The notes beneath the pieces are model-generated. The model was not told the DNA's origin and did no database searches. It saw only the letters and a program-made list of their open reading frames with translations. A stretch of 64,000 nt of DNA from Haliotis rufescens (lineage: Eukaryota), in NCBI RefSeq assembly GCF_023055435.1, contig NW_025963813.1, positions 21,266,001-21,330,000 on the forward strand, read 5' to 3'. The position numbers were made by a program, and so were the translations under genes. This document shows, in pieces, positions 47,610 to 60,945 of the stretch (positions within the stretch are counted from its first letter, which is position 1; every line of letters begins with the position of its first letter).

Positions 47610-49860
47610 GGCATGATGGGGTGTTGTATACTAGATTTATACTCAAACATTATAATCTGTTCATCATTTCTTGCCACTTATTGTTGGAATTTGGAATGCT
47701 ATTATTATTTCTTGCTGTGTGCTTTTTAATCCTGAATATATCCCTCAGGACGTTTGTAAATGGTCCAAGGCATGGCATGTTTTTATTAGAAATATATGTA
47801 TATCTCTTTGCCGCCAGTATATATGATTAATCATGATATATTTTGGTTCAACTCCAAACAATATGGCAGAACTGGTGAAAAGAAACCTATTTCTCACTGA
47901 CCTATTAAGAAATGTGTTCAGGCTAGTCCAGATCTTTTGACCATGTGGACAGTAAACACATAAATGCATGTTCTTTGTTACAGAAACTACAGATGTCACC
48001 ATCAGTGAGTTTAATCTTAAATAGTGCTAACTTTGTGACAATAATATGGAAAATAAATCAATATTGAAAGTCTATCAATATTGTATCTTTTGTACAATTT
48101 CTAGATTGCATAAAAATATTTTTCCAGAGGATGTTTACCTCAGTTATATTTTCCCATCTCTTTATTGCTATGGAGGAACTTTGGGAATGTATAAACTTGT
48201 TGTAAAAAGCCTTAGAGCCCTTTGTAAAGCTGAGAATAGATCCCAACGTTTTACTAATACCCTGGTCAAATATTCTGATATTGTGCGAGTTTGTAATCTA
48301 AAGATGCCAAGATTCAGGAAGACGCTGGTTATAATCTGATATTGCTCCCTAAATTTGATATCCCAATATAAGGGTATCAAAACGTATGAAGCTGTCTTTA
48401 TTACAAATATCTTTGATTCGATGAATACCCTTATTAACCCAGTTTACGATTATTAAGTGGGATTTGTAAAACAATGGTTCAACCAAAGTGGTTCAAATAA
48501 TATATCTTTTAAAACATTTTTCATTCACATGGTTGATCTCATAGTATTCATTATATACATCCAAGACATCTTTCCAACATGGGTTATCTAAATGAATATA
48601 TTGCTTAATATTTGACTCAAGTTTGAAGAGTGAGGAGAAAGGGAAGCGACTTGGATTACCATAATTGTCTATCTTCAGATATCTAGCTACAACTGCTATT
48701 TTTATCGATTCAAGAAAAGCATTTAGGATACGTAATTCCTAGAATTTCGGCTAAACAATTAAAAAAATACGGCGAGATGGGGTCTCCCTGTGTTCATTTA
48801 ATATTGATTTTCCGTCAGTTGTTTCACATTTTCTGTCATTAAACGAGGTAAATAGCTTATCAGTGTAGTTTCTATTTTCCAAATGACAAAAGTAATTTGT
48901 TGGTTTTTCTCCTTCTTCATACCATTTAATTCCATTCCTTATCTGTATTCCACGTAGCTCTTCCTCTGTTAACTTTTCAACGGCAGATTCTATTTTGATA
49001 GCTATGATAACGTAGTTTCGTTGATATTTTGGAAATCGCCCGTAATAATATTTTCAGTTTCCAAAATGTTACTTTCTGGTTCTGCGTATGATTTTCTTTT
49101 TTTCTTTTTGAGAAATGCTGAAAATGAAATTGATTTTCCATGAACCTTCATTAAAAATGTTTCTAGAAAAAGACAATCATCAATTTTCAGAATTGCAATA
49201 TCAGAATGATCACTTTCCATTGTTTCTTTAAGTAAGTCTTTAATCATAGTTACATATTCCTCGTTTCTTGACAGTGAAATATCAAACTTCCAATATCCAC
49301 TACCTAAAGTATTGATAGAATTTGAAAGTGATTAAGTTATTACAGAATGATCAGATTTGTATCCGGGAATAATGGTAAAGTCAAGTTATACATGTCTTGT
49401 GAGACTAGAAAGAAATCAAGAAGTGCTTGCTGCCTTGGCTTTTGTTTCCACCAAGTATGTTTCGACTATTTCTGTTTGATTCTCACCATGCATCTACCAA
49501 ATCACAGCTTTCAATTTTGTCTATAACAGTCTCTAGCTTCAGGGTTGTTGGTATGATTCTATGCCTTCTGTACCTATATCAAACATTAATAAAGAGTCCG
49601 TCTTCATTCTTTTTTCACCTTGTAAAGTTCAAAAGAATATGGCCACTCCCCGTGCATTAGATGTAGGTGGAGCTATTATACTCCGGAGACCCCATTCATT
49701 TCGCATAAAATTTTAATCTTTCTAAGAAATGTGCACATTTTGTAGACAGATAAATGATGATTTCTTTTTACGCCAAATATTCATTATTTCCTTGCACTTA
49801 CTTGTACCTGCCAAGCCCCTGCAGTTTACAGTGACAATTTATATTTTGTCAGACATTATC
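47610..49860 (-). pseudogene. L1/Tx1-clade LINE ORF2 relic (APE endonuclease plus RT remnants, large internal deletions)
   Basis: IVTVNCRGL (APE start, ~49840), SDHSVI..GSGYWKFDISL, KWYEEGEKPTNYF..LE, QGDPISPYFF (RT) and a C-terminal CVYC. A possible ORF1 remnant (FIADKLYL) lies near 50660-50690. Confidence 0.8.
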
Positions 49861-51397
49861 CATAAGAAGAACACTGGAAGTCTCAGCATTTATAATAAGA
49901 AGTGGTGGAGTTAAATAATTGCTGGATTTTTTTTCTATTTAGGTAAAATATACAAAACATGGAAGATAACAATTAAAACAGCTATTTGCCATTTCATAAG
50001 TGAAGGTTTCTAACTATCAATACTCATTCATTATCATTCAACAACTTGTTTTGGGCACAGTCAAATTCTTACGGAAAGTTATTTATAAACAGCGTTGTGA
50101 ACACTTACATATAGATTAATACCTATAAACCCATCAGTAAATGTTATGGTACAAAGTTTGCCATTTTAGATATGATGCTTTCTAACGATTAATAATCAAT
50201 CAGTATCATGGAACAGGTATAGTCAAAATCTCATGAAGTATCATTCGATAATAGTGTTGTAGACACTTTAAATATAGAATAGAGCACCTCTAAGCCATTA
50301 TAAGTGTAAATAACCTGTGGTCCTCCCTACCGAAAACCCACTAACAAAATGTGATATAAGTATAGGTTATATACTTTACCATGTCCTAGTTGGTTTGCAC
50401 GACCAGTGTTACCTATTATTGTATCTATATTCATACACGAGAATCACCAATAAAAATAGAAAAAAGTAAAAAAAACATAGTCTTGTCTTCACATGATATT
50501 AAACATACTAGACATAATCTGCAATGCTGACACTAACATTGTATGATTAATTTACAATCAAAACACGTCTGATGAAGGCTAATGAGCTGCGATTAAAAGA
50601 GAATTCTCTTTTAGAATTCGATTGATTGGCCTCTACGTGGAACGTGTTGCAGGCTAAATACAATTTGTCTGCGATGAAGGAAGAAACGGTACACCAACCG
50701 ATCTCTGTAAATGATTTGTTAATGGAACTGGCCTACGGATGAGCAATATCAGGCCCATTTTAACTATAAGGGCAATTTTGTAAAGACAACTTTACACTCT
50801 GGTGATTTTGATCGACATTCCTAAACATTTGGGGCGAAATGAGTTGTTTCAGTGGACGGTGGTTACAGCTGTTGGAAGAGCACTTTGGGCTGATTTAATA
50901 AATATCTTGGTCCGTTTCATAATTGGAGGAATAGAAAATGCGTTCACATTTAGAAAGAAATCTTGCTTTCGCAGCTAATAAAGAGTACATTCCAATCGTC
51001 AACTAAATATCTTTTTGTGAAATAAAGGTATAAACCGTGCAAAAGAGTCCAGTGTACCTACAGAACGTTCCTTTGCATGTGCAACAATGTAGGTGAGATA
51101 GATAGACGTTATAGTAGCTATAGTTCCTTGTATTGCTTGCTGACAGAATATTGTCAACGCCTGAAAATTGTATTGCAGTATACTGTAAATCTTGATATTA
51201 ACGCGAGCGTGAATTAAATGCGAAAAATGCGAGTGGTCTTGGCTCGCATTTTTGAACATCGCATTTATATCAACAATAAGACATTATTGCGACACAGGTA
51301 TCAGTATTGCGATAACTATTACAACACATTGGGACCTAAAGACTTTGAAAGTGATTGATACTGATTGTACATGCAGATGCTATAATCTACATACTAA

Positions 51398-53023
51398 GGC
51401 CAAAAAATAAATATATTGTGGTTTCGATTACAGAACTCTCAACATTAGAGATGGTAGGTAGGTATGTTTTTTTACAATTTTAAAACAAAGCTATGTTGTG
51501 TGTCACTCTAAAAGCATTCAATGTATCATTTCACGACAAGTACTGTATCTCCTGAGAAAATTAGATTGATTTAAAAACCGAATATCTAATTTTACGAGTG
51601 ACATGTAAATGTCTTCTTTGTTTTGTGCCGTAAAGCTTCGAGTGATAAAACTACTCTTTTTCTAAAATTTTCTATAATTTATATTTCAATTTTGTATTTC
51701 ATAAATTTATCATCTTCCCGAGGCAAGAGAGTTAACTGACTTTAAAAGTCCAGTTTCCACCCTTGCCGAACTAGGCTGGAATTACTGGGCTTGATCGTAA
51801 CGCCACCAGTGGGTATTACCAGCTATGTCCCTTCTAAGCCTCTCCTATGGACCAATCAGATTCCACCTCTCGTTTCACTTGCGTTTGCTTCACACAAAAT
51901 GGTGGCGCCCGGTCAGGACGATCTGATCGATAATCAATATCAATATTGTGATAAAACGTGTCTTACACGAAATGCATCAAATCACGTGAGCACCTTGATT
52001 AAAAACATGAAAAAAGTTGGAAAATATTTGCTGACAACGAGTTGGCGGTGCACATGCTTTGCAAATCCTGCAATCGACCGAAATCTGAACGACAGTTAAC
52101 GAACCGGATTTCGATTTCGGTGCGCGATTTTGATTGGACTATGCATAGACTCGTTAGTCCAGCACAATGTAACTCCATAATACAGGCCTAGTTCGGCAAG
52201 GGTGGAAACTAGACTTTTATAGTCAGTTAACTCTCTTGCCTCGGGAAGATGTAAATTTATATGTTTATTTTAAAATTGTATATTTGTATTTCATCATCTT
52301 GCATTTTATATTGTACCAACAAAATTTCAATCTTCTCCCCTTTTGATCTTTTTCGTTGGAAATGCAGGCCTGAAACATTAATTGTTGACAAAGAAGCACA
52401 AGGCTACAGATACTTATTTCAAGGTAGCCACTGGTAAAATTAAGAAGTCACAAAACGGCCATTAGTAGCAAAACCTTTGAAATGATCTTTTAAAAGCATT
52501 TTAAAAGCATCTTAAAAATCTTCATTATGGATTTCTTTTGGATTGTTTCGACTGTCGTCGGCGTAGGCGGTTTTTTCCTTCTCCGCGTCTTCATTTGTGT
52601 TCATCAGCTCGGAATCGCGCATACAATCACTATTATAAGTACCAACGTTACTGTCATCCTTGTTTTCACTCACAACAGTCGTTCTTTCTTACTGTGCGAA
52701 GATGGAAAAGTAGTTCGCCATGATGTTGTCAAGAAAAGCGGAACGGTTAATGCATGTAAAAAATTCGTAGACTCGATGCACTGCATACAGCATAATCATT
52801 TAGCGTAGCCAGATCCCATCACTGCTTCATGGAGATATCGAAATGTTCCTTGACACAGACGTGTGGGCAAGTGTGGTAACACGAATTTTATTGCAATCGA
52901 GAAACTGGTGATCGAGAACACGGCGCAGGAAATGTCAAGTTAATTAATTGCGACAAAACATTAGGGTCTGATGCATTTTATAGGATAGGTCGGGTAATTG
53001 GAACCACAAGATCTTTTTATGTC
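51398..53023. mobile_element. Old non-autonomous TIR DNA transposon (Kolobok-like)
   Basis: Left GGCCAAAAAATAAATATATTGTGGTTTCGATTAC versus the reverse complement of the right end, GACATAAAAAGATCTTGTGGTTCCAATTAC. Flanks are degenerate TTAA-like (CTAA/TAAA). Confidence 0.5.
51711..52251. mobile_element. 541-bp MITE with ~66-bp TIRs and a 9-bp TSD (Mutator-like)
   Basis: TIR CATCTTCCCGAGGCAAGAGAGTTAACTGACT...GCCGAACTAGGC. Perfect TSD TAAATTTAT (51702-51710, 52252-52260). Confidence 0.92.
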
Positions 53024-53819
53024 TAAAGTTAATATTGAGATACCCAAACCAGCATAGTCAGTCGCCTGTGTACAGGGCGATTTACTCTGTTGCAATATAT
53101 GTGCATGTCTCTTTGTTTCCAGTGTATTAAATGATAGTGACAACAGGGAGGGAGAATATGTCCAAAGGATTATGTCAGCGAAAGATAGGGGACGCGGTAT
53201 TTACATACTTATCTTTTGAAGACTCCGAGATTCTGAATCTGGCCGTTGGCTATCAAGGAGCCTAAAATCGATAACACGAATGAAGTCACACAACTTCCGT
53301 GACTGTATCTATTGGATTTGGTATGTGCAGATGATGTCGGTCCAATCTCAGCTTCTTCATCGTCGACTCCAATTGGATCGTACAGAGGTTTCATGTTTTT
53401 CTGTATCATATGTTAATGGGCAGTATAGGTCGTGAATACATCGACTTTTCCTTATGCAATGATGTAATATACGCAGAGGAATCAGTGACTAATTGGTACT
53501 AATTGGAACTGATTGCAGTCAGGAATGGAGCCCTTCAACATCATGTATAACTTGACTCTCCAAGAATATGCACCCAATCTGTCACAGCATATCAGCTGAA
53601 TTGGTGTGTATGTCCATGTCGGTTGAAGGGCGTGCATTAAACTGTAACACATGTAATTCTTAAACCATTGTCACGGGTAGGCAACTTATTTGAATTATGC
53701 AGCATATTTTCTTCAGTAAACGTGACACTTTTCTTGATCTGTCATGGATCAATAGCAATGTTACTGTTATAGCTCGGCAGTCATGTTATAGTCATAGATC
53801 GAATGTAATACTAATGTTG

Positions 53820-56800
53820 TTTGTCGACTGTCATGTTTCTTTTTTATGTGTCGAATGTTATGTTACTATCATGTGTCGACTGCAACGTAAAAGTCATATG
53901 TCGACTATGATGTTACTATCCTATGTCGACTGTAATATTACTGTCATGTGTCGACTGTGATGTTACTGTCATGTGTCGACTGCAACGTTACAGTCATATG
54001 TCGACTGTGATGTTACTGTCCTGTGTCGACTGTAATATTACTGTCATGTGTCGACTGTAATATTACTGTCACATGTCGACTGTGATGTTACTGTCATGTG
54101 TCGACTGCAACGTTCATTCATTTTATTTCCAATACATATAGGCCACAGGCCTTTGTGTACAAACGTTGAGTACAGACAGGCTTTAAGCTTTTAGTTTCGC
54201 ATTTCTTACTTCATTTGCATAATATAGGTATTTTGCTAGATTTGTAATAATATAGGTATCTGGTGATGACAGAAGCATATTAAATTTATGGACGTTAGGA
54301 TGACAATAGAACTTTGCTTTGAGATATAGTTGCCGTAACTTGACATACGAGGGACAAATAAGCAGGAAGTGGTACTCGGTTTCAACACAGTCTAATTTAC
54401 AAAGTTTGCATTTTCTTAAATTTCTTGGAATTGTATAGTGACGTCCATTCTCAATTTCCAAAGTATGACAACTCAGTCTGAATCTCGTGAGGGTTGTTTT
54501 CATATTTTGCGAATTTTAGAATGACAAATAAGGCTCACATTTAACATAAGTTTAAAAAACAAGCATTATATGACATGTGTGAACTTGCAAGAAGTTCGCT
54601 ATGCCAGATCTGCTGAAAATTGTCTTTCAAACGTTGTTTGAACATATTAAGAAAAATCTTTCGGTTTCCATACATTTGGAACCTCCATACATCTCCGAAC
54701 CCAAGTTTACAAAGACAATTCCTTAATTTAGTTACCCAGCTGACACGACCATGTTCATCATACGTACAACATATTGTAGCACTTTCTTGGTAAACGGAAG
54801 TCTGGCATCTTTAGTATGTTCAACCAATATTTCACACATCTGGTCAAAGCATATACACGAATAGGGTATCTGCCACACTCGCCCAATACAGCATTGTTTG
54901 ATGCGGATAATTTTAAACCCCAAAACAAGCATATAACTGCACAGGTTCCAATTTTTCAACATTTTCAAACCCCTTGACCTCGGCACCATACAAGAAGCAC
55001 TGGCATAAGCTTCGCATCGAAAATTTGGAAGTAGAAATCTGGTGAAAAAGGTTTTAGCGAATGTATACCTCTCAGGATAGTTATCCATACCCTTTTCGCC
55101 TGCAGGGCAATCTTATCAAGAGTTTTAGCCCAGTTAAGCCTATTATTAAAATACAAACCCAAGTAAGTATAACCACAAGAAACTTCAACACTTTTCCCTT
55201 TGTAAAACCACTTTTCGAAACGTCACAAACAACCACCATTTTTAAATACAACATCTTTGGTCTTGGACATATTAACTGACATTTTCAGAGTGTTACAAAA
55301 AATTCTCAAGGACGCTTAGTTTCTTCTGAAGGTTAGAAACACTATCACCAACGAGTATCAAATCATCTGCAAATAGAAGTAACAGGATGTGGATAATGTC
55401 TGGATGGAGCTGTACACCAAGACGGACACTCCTCTTCCATCTCAAGAACTATTATCATTTATAAAAAATTGGAACAAGAACGGGCTAAGTACACAGCCTT
55501 GCCTGACACCCAAAGGGCAATCGAATGCCTCAGACATACGATTGTTAGACCTTACACTTGCCTTAACGTCTTTGTAGATTGACTGCAACATTCTACCCAT
55601 TTTTGTACTTAATCCCCGTTTAAAAAGCAAACTCCAAAGAAGGTTACGCTGTATGGAATCGAACGCCTTAAAGAAGTCAATAAAAGCGACCAAAACTTAC
55701 CCCCTTTACGTGAAAGGAATCGTTGTACGAGAGATTTAAGGACAAAACAGTTATCTACAGTGGAATACCCCTTCCGAAAGCCTGACTGGCATTCAGAAAT
55801 AACACAAAGTGTGTCCAGAAAACTAATCTCTTGCATAGAATTGAAGTGAATACTTTACTAAGGACACTCAGAAGGTTTATGGCTCGATAGTTATCTGGAA
55901 CTGTTGCGTCATCTTTTTTATGTAATGGAATGATAATTCCTAATGACCAATTTTCAGGAAAAACACCATTTTCATACATACTATTGAATATAATCTCCAA
56001 GTAAGGAGAAATAACATCTGATGAGTGTTTTAGGTATCCGCTTATGATATGGTCAACTCCAGCTGATTAATTGTTCTTTATGGCACGAATACTGTCTGTG
56101 ATTTCTGATCTTGTTATAGGACAGTCAAGAATGTCTTCTGTCAGTTCATGAGATTCACATAAGTACGGACATAAGTATCGTCACTGTCAGGAGGATCAGT
56201 ATTAATTTTTGTGTATAATGTTGAGAAATATTCAGCCCACACTCCCGCGGAGATAGGATTGTGATGATGTTGACGCCCGGACACACGTTTGACAATGTCC
56301 CAAAAACCTTTGGAGTCACCAGTTGAGTTTATCAGTTCTACTCTATTACGCTGTCGATACTGGTCCCCCTTTGTCCTACACAAGGATCTGTACTCAATGC
56401 GTACCTTGTTGTACTTGGCTAGATGTTCAGTGCTCTGAGTAACCCGAAAAGTGTTTAGTGCATGACAGCGTTCGTGCTTTTTAGTAAGACATTCGTTGTC
56501 ATACCATGGGGAGTCACTATGCCTTTTACGTCTATTCTCCCTTTTGAACACACAAGCGGCAGACAGAATAGCATCTGTCAGTAGAGTCACTGCAGTAGAT
56601 GCATCTGAGAGTGAACATAAAGCTGCACGTTCCAGCATATCAGTGGTACATGGCGATGATATATTCATCATGAATGTCTCACGAAGTTTATCAGTCCATA
56701 TATACTAATAATGTAACTGACTATCCTCAGGTTCGAACGCATCTCCCTTATGACGAATGCTCACACGGATTTGTAAATGATCACTTTCTCAGCGGGACAT

Positions 56801-59555
56801 TATGCCAAAGTCTGCAATATGTTGAAATATATCTGTTGAAGCTAACGCATAGTCTATGACGCTGCATCCCAAATGTCCTATGAAAGTGAAGTCGCCGGAG
56901 TCTGCCCCAACCCTTCCATTGATAATATGGATGTCCAGAAGTGTGCACATTTCCAGGAGAGATCTACCGAACGTATTCACCTTCTGGTCTCTAGATATTC
57001 GTGGCATATCGAACTTGGTTAAAAGGTTGGTATAATGTTCACCCCCTTTCACATAGTGAAAGATATCATCTCCGATGTAGTCTTGTTCTGTGCCAGTTCT
57101 GCTGTTTAAATCCCCGAACAATAAAATAGAAACATCTGGATACGTTACAGTCATATGTCGACTATGATGTTCCTATCCTATGTCGACTGTAATATTACTG
57201 TCATGTGTCGACTGTGATGTTACTGTCATGTATCGACTGTAATGTTACTGTCATGTATCGACTGTGATATTACTGTCATGTGTCGACTGCAACGTTACAG
57301 TCATGTGTCGACTGTAATATTACTGTCATGTGTCGACTGCAACGTTACAGTCATATGTCGACTATGATGTTACTATCCTATGTCGACTGTAATATTACTG
57401 TCATGTGTCGACTGTGATGTTACTGTCATGTATCGACTGTGATGTTACTGTCATGTGTCGACTGCAACGTTACAGTCATATGTCGACTGTGATGTTACTG
57501 TCCTGTGTCGACTGTAATATTACTGTCATGTGTCGACTGTGATGTTACTGTCATGTGTCGACTGCAACGTTACAGTCATATGTCGACTGTGATGTTACTG
57601 TCCTGTGTCGACTGTAATATTACTGTCATGTGTCGACTGTAATATTACTGTCATGTGTCGACTGCAACGTTACAGTCATATGTCGACTGTGATGTTACTG
57701 TCCTGTGTCGACTGAAATATTACTGTCATGTGTCGACTGCAACGTTACTGTCATGTGTCGACTGTGATGTTACTGTCATGTGTCGACCTCAACGTTACAG
57801 TCATATGTCGACTGTGATGTAACTGTCCTGTGTCGACTGTAATATTACTGTCATCTGTCGACTGCAACGTTACAGTCATATGTCGACTGTGATATTACTG
57901 TCATGTGTCGACTGTAATATTACTGTCATGTGTCAACTGCAACGTTACAGTCATGTGTCGACTGTGATGTTACTGTCCTGTGTCGACTGTAATATTACTG
58001 TCATGTGTCGACTGCAACGTTACAGTCATATGTCGACTGTGATGTTACTGTCCTGTGTCGACTTTAATATTACTGTCATGTGTCGACTGCAACGTTACAG
58101 TCATATGTCGACTGTGATGTAACTGTCATGTGTCGACTGTAATATTACTGTCATGTGTCGACTGCAACGTTACAGTCATATGTCGACTGTGATGTTACTG
58201 TCCTGTGTCGACTTAAATATTACTGTAATGTGTCGACTGCAACGTTACTGTCATGTGTCGACTGTGATGTTACTGTCATGTGTCGACCTCAACGTTACAG
58301 TCATATGTCGACTGTGATGGAACTGTCCTGTGTCGACTGTAATATTACTGTCATCTGTCGACTGCAACGTTACAGTCATATGTCGACTGTGATGTTACTG
58401 TCAAGTGTCGACTGTAATATTACTGTCATGTGTCGACTGCAACGTTACAGTCATGTGTCGACTGTGATGTTACTGTCCTGTGTCGACTGTAATATTACTA
58501 TCATGTGTCGACTGCAACGTTACAGTCATATGTCGACTGTGATGTTACTGTCCTGTGTCGACTTTAATATTACTGTCATGTGTCGACTGCAACGTTACAG
58601 TCATATGTCGACTGTGATGTAACTGTCATGTGTCGACTGTAATATTACTGTCATGTGTCGACTGCAACGTTACTGTCATATGTCGACTGTGATGTTACTG
58701 TCATGTGTCGACTGCAACGTTACAGTCATATGTCGACTGTGATGTTACTGTCCTTTGTCGACTGTAATATTACTGTCCTGTGTCGACTGTAATATTACTG
58801 TCATGTGTCGACTGCAACGTTACAGTCATATGACGACTGTGATGTTATTGTCATGTGTCGACTAAAATATTACTGTCATGTGTCGACTGCAACGTTACTG
58901 TCATGTGTCGACTGTGATGTTACTGTCATGTGTCGACTGCAACGTTACAGTCATATGTCGAATGTGATGTTACTGTCCTGTGTCGACTGTAATATTACTG
59001 TCATGTGTCGACTGCAACGTTACAGTCATATGTCGACTGTGATGTTACTGTCCTGTGTCGACTGTAATATTACTGTCATGTGTCGACTGTAATATTACTG
59101 TCATGTGTCGACTGCAACGTTACAGTCATATGTCGACTGTGATGTTACTGTCATGTGTCGACTGTAATATTACTGTCATGTGTCGACTGCAACGTTACAG
59201 TCATATGTCGACTGTGATGTTACTGTCATGTGTCGACTGCAACGTTACAGTCATATGTCGACTGTGATGTTACAGTCCTGTGTCGACTGTAATATTACTG
59301 TCCTGTGTCGACTGTAATATTACTGCCATGTGTCGACTGCAACGTTACAGTCATATGTCGACTGAGTAATATTACTGTCATGTGTTGACTGCAACGTTAC
59401 GGTCATATGTCGACTGTGATGTGACTGTCATGTGTCGACTGCAACGTTACAGTCATATGTCGACTGTGATGTTACTGTCATGTGTCGACTGTAATATTAC
59501 TTTCATGTGTCGACTGTGATGTTACTGTCATGTGTCGACTGTGATGTTACTGTCA
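53820..59555 (+). repeat. 25-bp GTCGAC-containing minisatellite with a 75-bp higher-order period, split by a LINE
   Basis: Unit GTCGACTGTAATATTACTGTCATGT with three cycling variants. Arrays at 53820-54114 and 57142-59555. Confidence 0.96.
54115..57141 (-). mobile_element. 5'-truncated non-LTR retrotransposon (RTEX-like), ORF2 pseudogene
   Basis: APE C-half (GDLNSRTG, SVIDYAL), RT (NYRAINLL, QSGFRKG, FIDF.KAFDS, GVRQGCVLSPFLF, LLFADD), C-terminal RLSCHTLEIENGRH...CKLC...ETEYHFLLIC. AATAAA plus (TGAA)n tail. 5-bp ACGTT duplication. Confidence 0.92.
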
Positions 59556-60832
59556 ATAGTTTTAACAGATGTAATTGTCCTTTCATTTACAGTGTACATG
59601 TCGAAGTAAATTACGTCGTCCAAACGTGGTGTATAACATAATCCACTGACCTCATATCGATTGATGTCTTATGTTCAGGAAACGAGTCCATGAAATCGTG
59701 GACGCAGTCTGAATTATAGTCGCTAAAATTATTCCGAGGGCTACAGCGGTCGTTTACGCCCCAATACAGCTGTACGTTGTATCAGAGTGGTTTACATACT
59801 TATACAATAACCTTTTTTAGGTATTTAAGTAGCTAAAATCATATTATCACATGATGGCCTTATAGTGTGTTTTTTCCTAACAAAGAAGATACTCAAAGGC
59901 ACATCAGTTCTTCCAATAAACGCTGGTGCAGACATATCCATATGTAGTATCTTTATCGCACATGGCATGTCAAAATGAACACTTGACACTTACAACCAGT
60001 AAAACATCCAGGACCAGTACATATGTTTCCGATACAACGGTTCAATGTAAACACAAACCTTAACGGTGGAATATATAATGAACTAAATGTGAACGTTTGG
60101 GAGAAACAGAATACTGACGGTATATTGACGGAATTTGACTTGCAACCCGTCATTTCGTATAACTGAGGTAGATCACAGAGACTCAGAGCATTTAACGTTA
60201 TACTCCAAGTAGGGTGCTTGCTAGCCAGTCTGATTTGTTTCCCTGAAAGTCTACTCACCAATACTGTATATTCATGCATCACACGGAGATTATCAATATG
60301 ATGCACCTGAGCTTTACCTCATCCCATCCCATATTCGACTTTAGGCCTTATGTTCGTATATCCTGATTACAAAATGAGCAATGCAACAATGAGCAAGACA
60401 CACTCTATTTCATACAGAGGTGTTCTCATGAAGTCAGTAAACTAAATGGTGACCAATTGTATCATCGTAAGGTGCATATATACAAAGTTACCATCTGTAC
60501 TATTGTCCACAAATGCATATGTGTCTCAACAATTATTGCAGTCAGCCCTTTGCTTTTGCTTCAGGCAAGGGTACACAATCGTTTCGTTGAACATAGATTA
60601 GAAAATGAATTGATTGTGATGTTTGTGCTGTCGGTGAGACATCAAAAAGGCTATTATTTGATGAAAGCACGTGTATACATTACGACATACTTCACCAAAC
60701 TCAAATCTGTGTTCAAGCATCATCATATGGATAGCTTATGTGTAATGCACTTATATGTTTTATGTGTTATATATGTACATGTTTGATACTTATGCATGTC
60801 GCTGCTTTCTCAAATGACAATGTGTAAGAGCC

Positions 60833-60945
60833 GTGTCATTGCGTGTCATTTCGTGACATCGTCCCCCTATGTCGTGGTTCATTGCGTGACATCGTGCCCC
60901 ATGTCGTGGTTAATTGCGTGACATCGTGCCCTATGCCTTGGGTTA
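60833..60945 (+). repeat. Short ~31-bp tandem repeat, about 3 copies
   Basis: TTGCGTGACATCGTGCCCCATGTCGTGGTT recurs. Confidence 0.7.
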
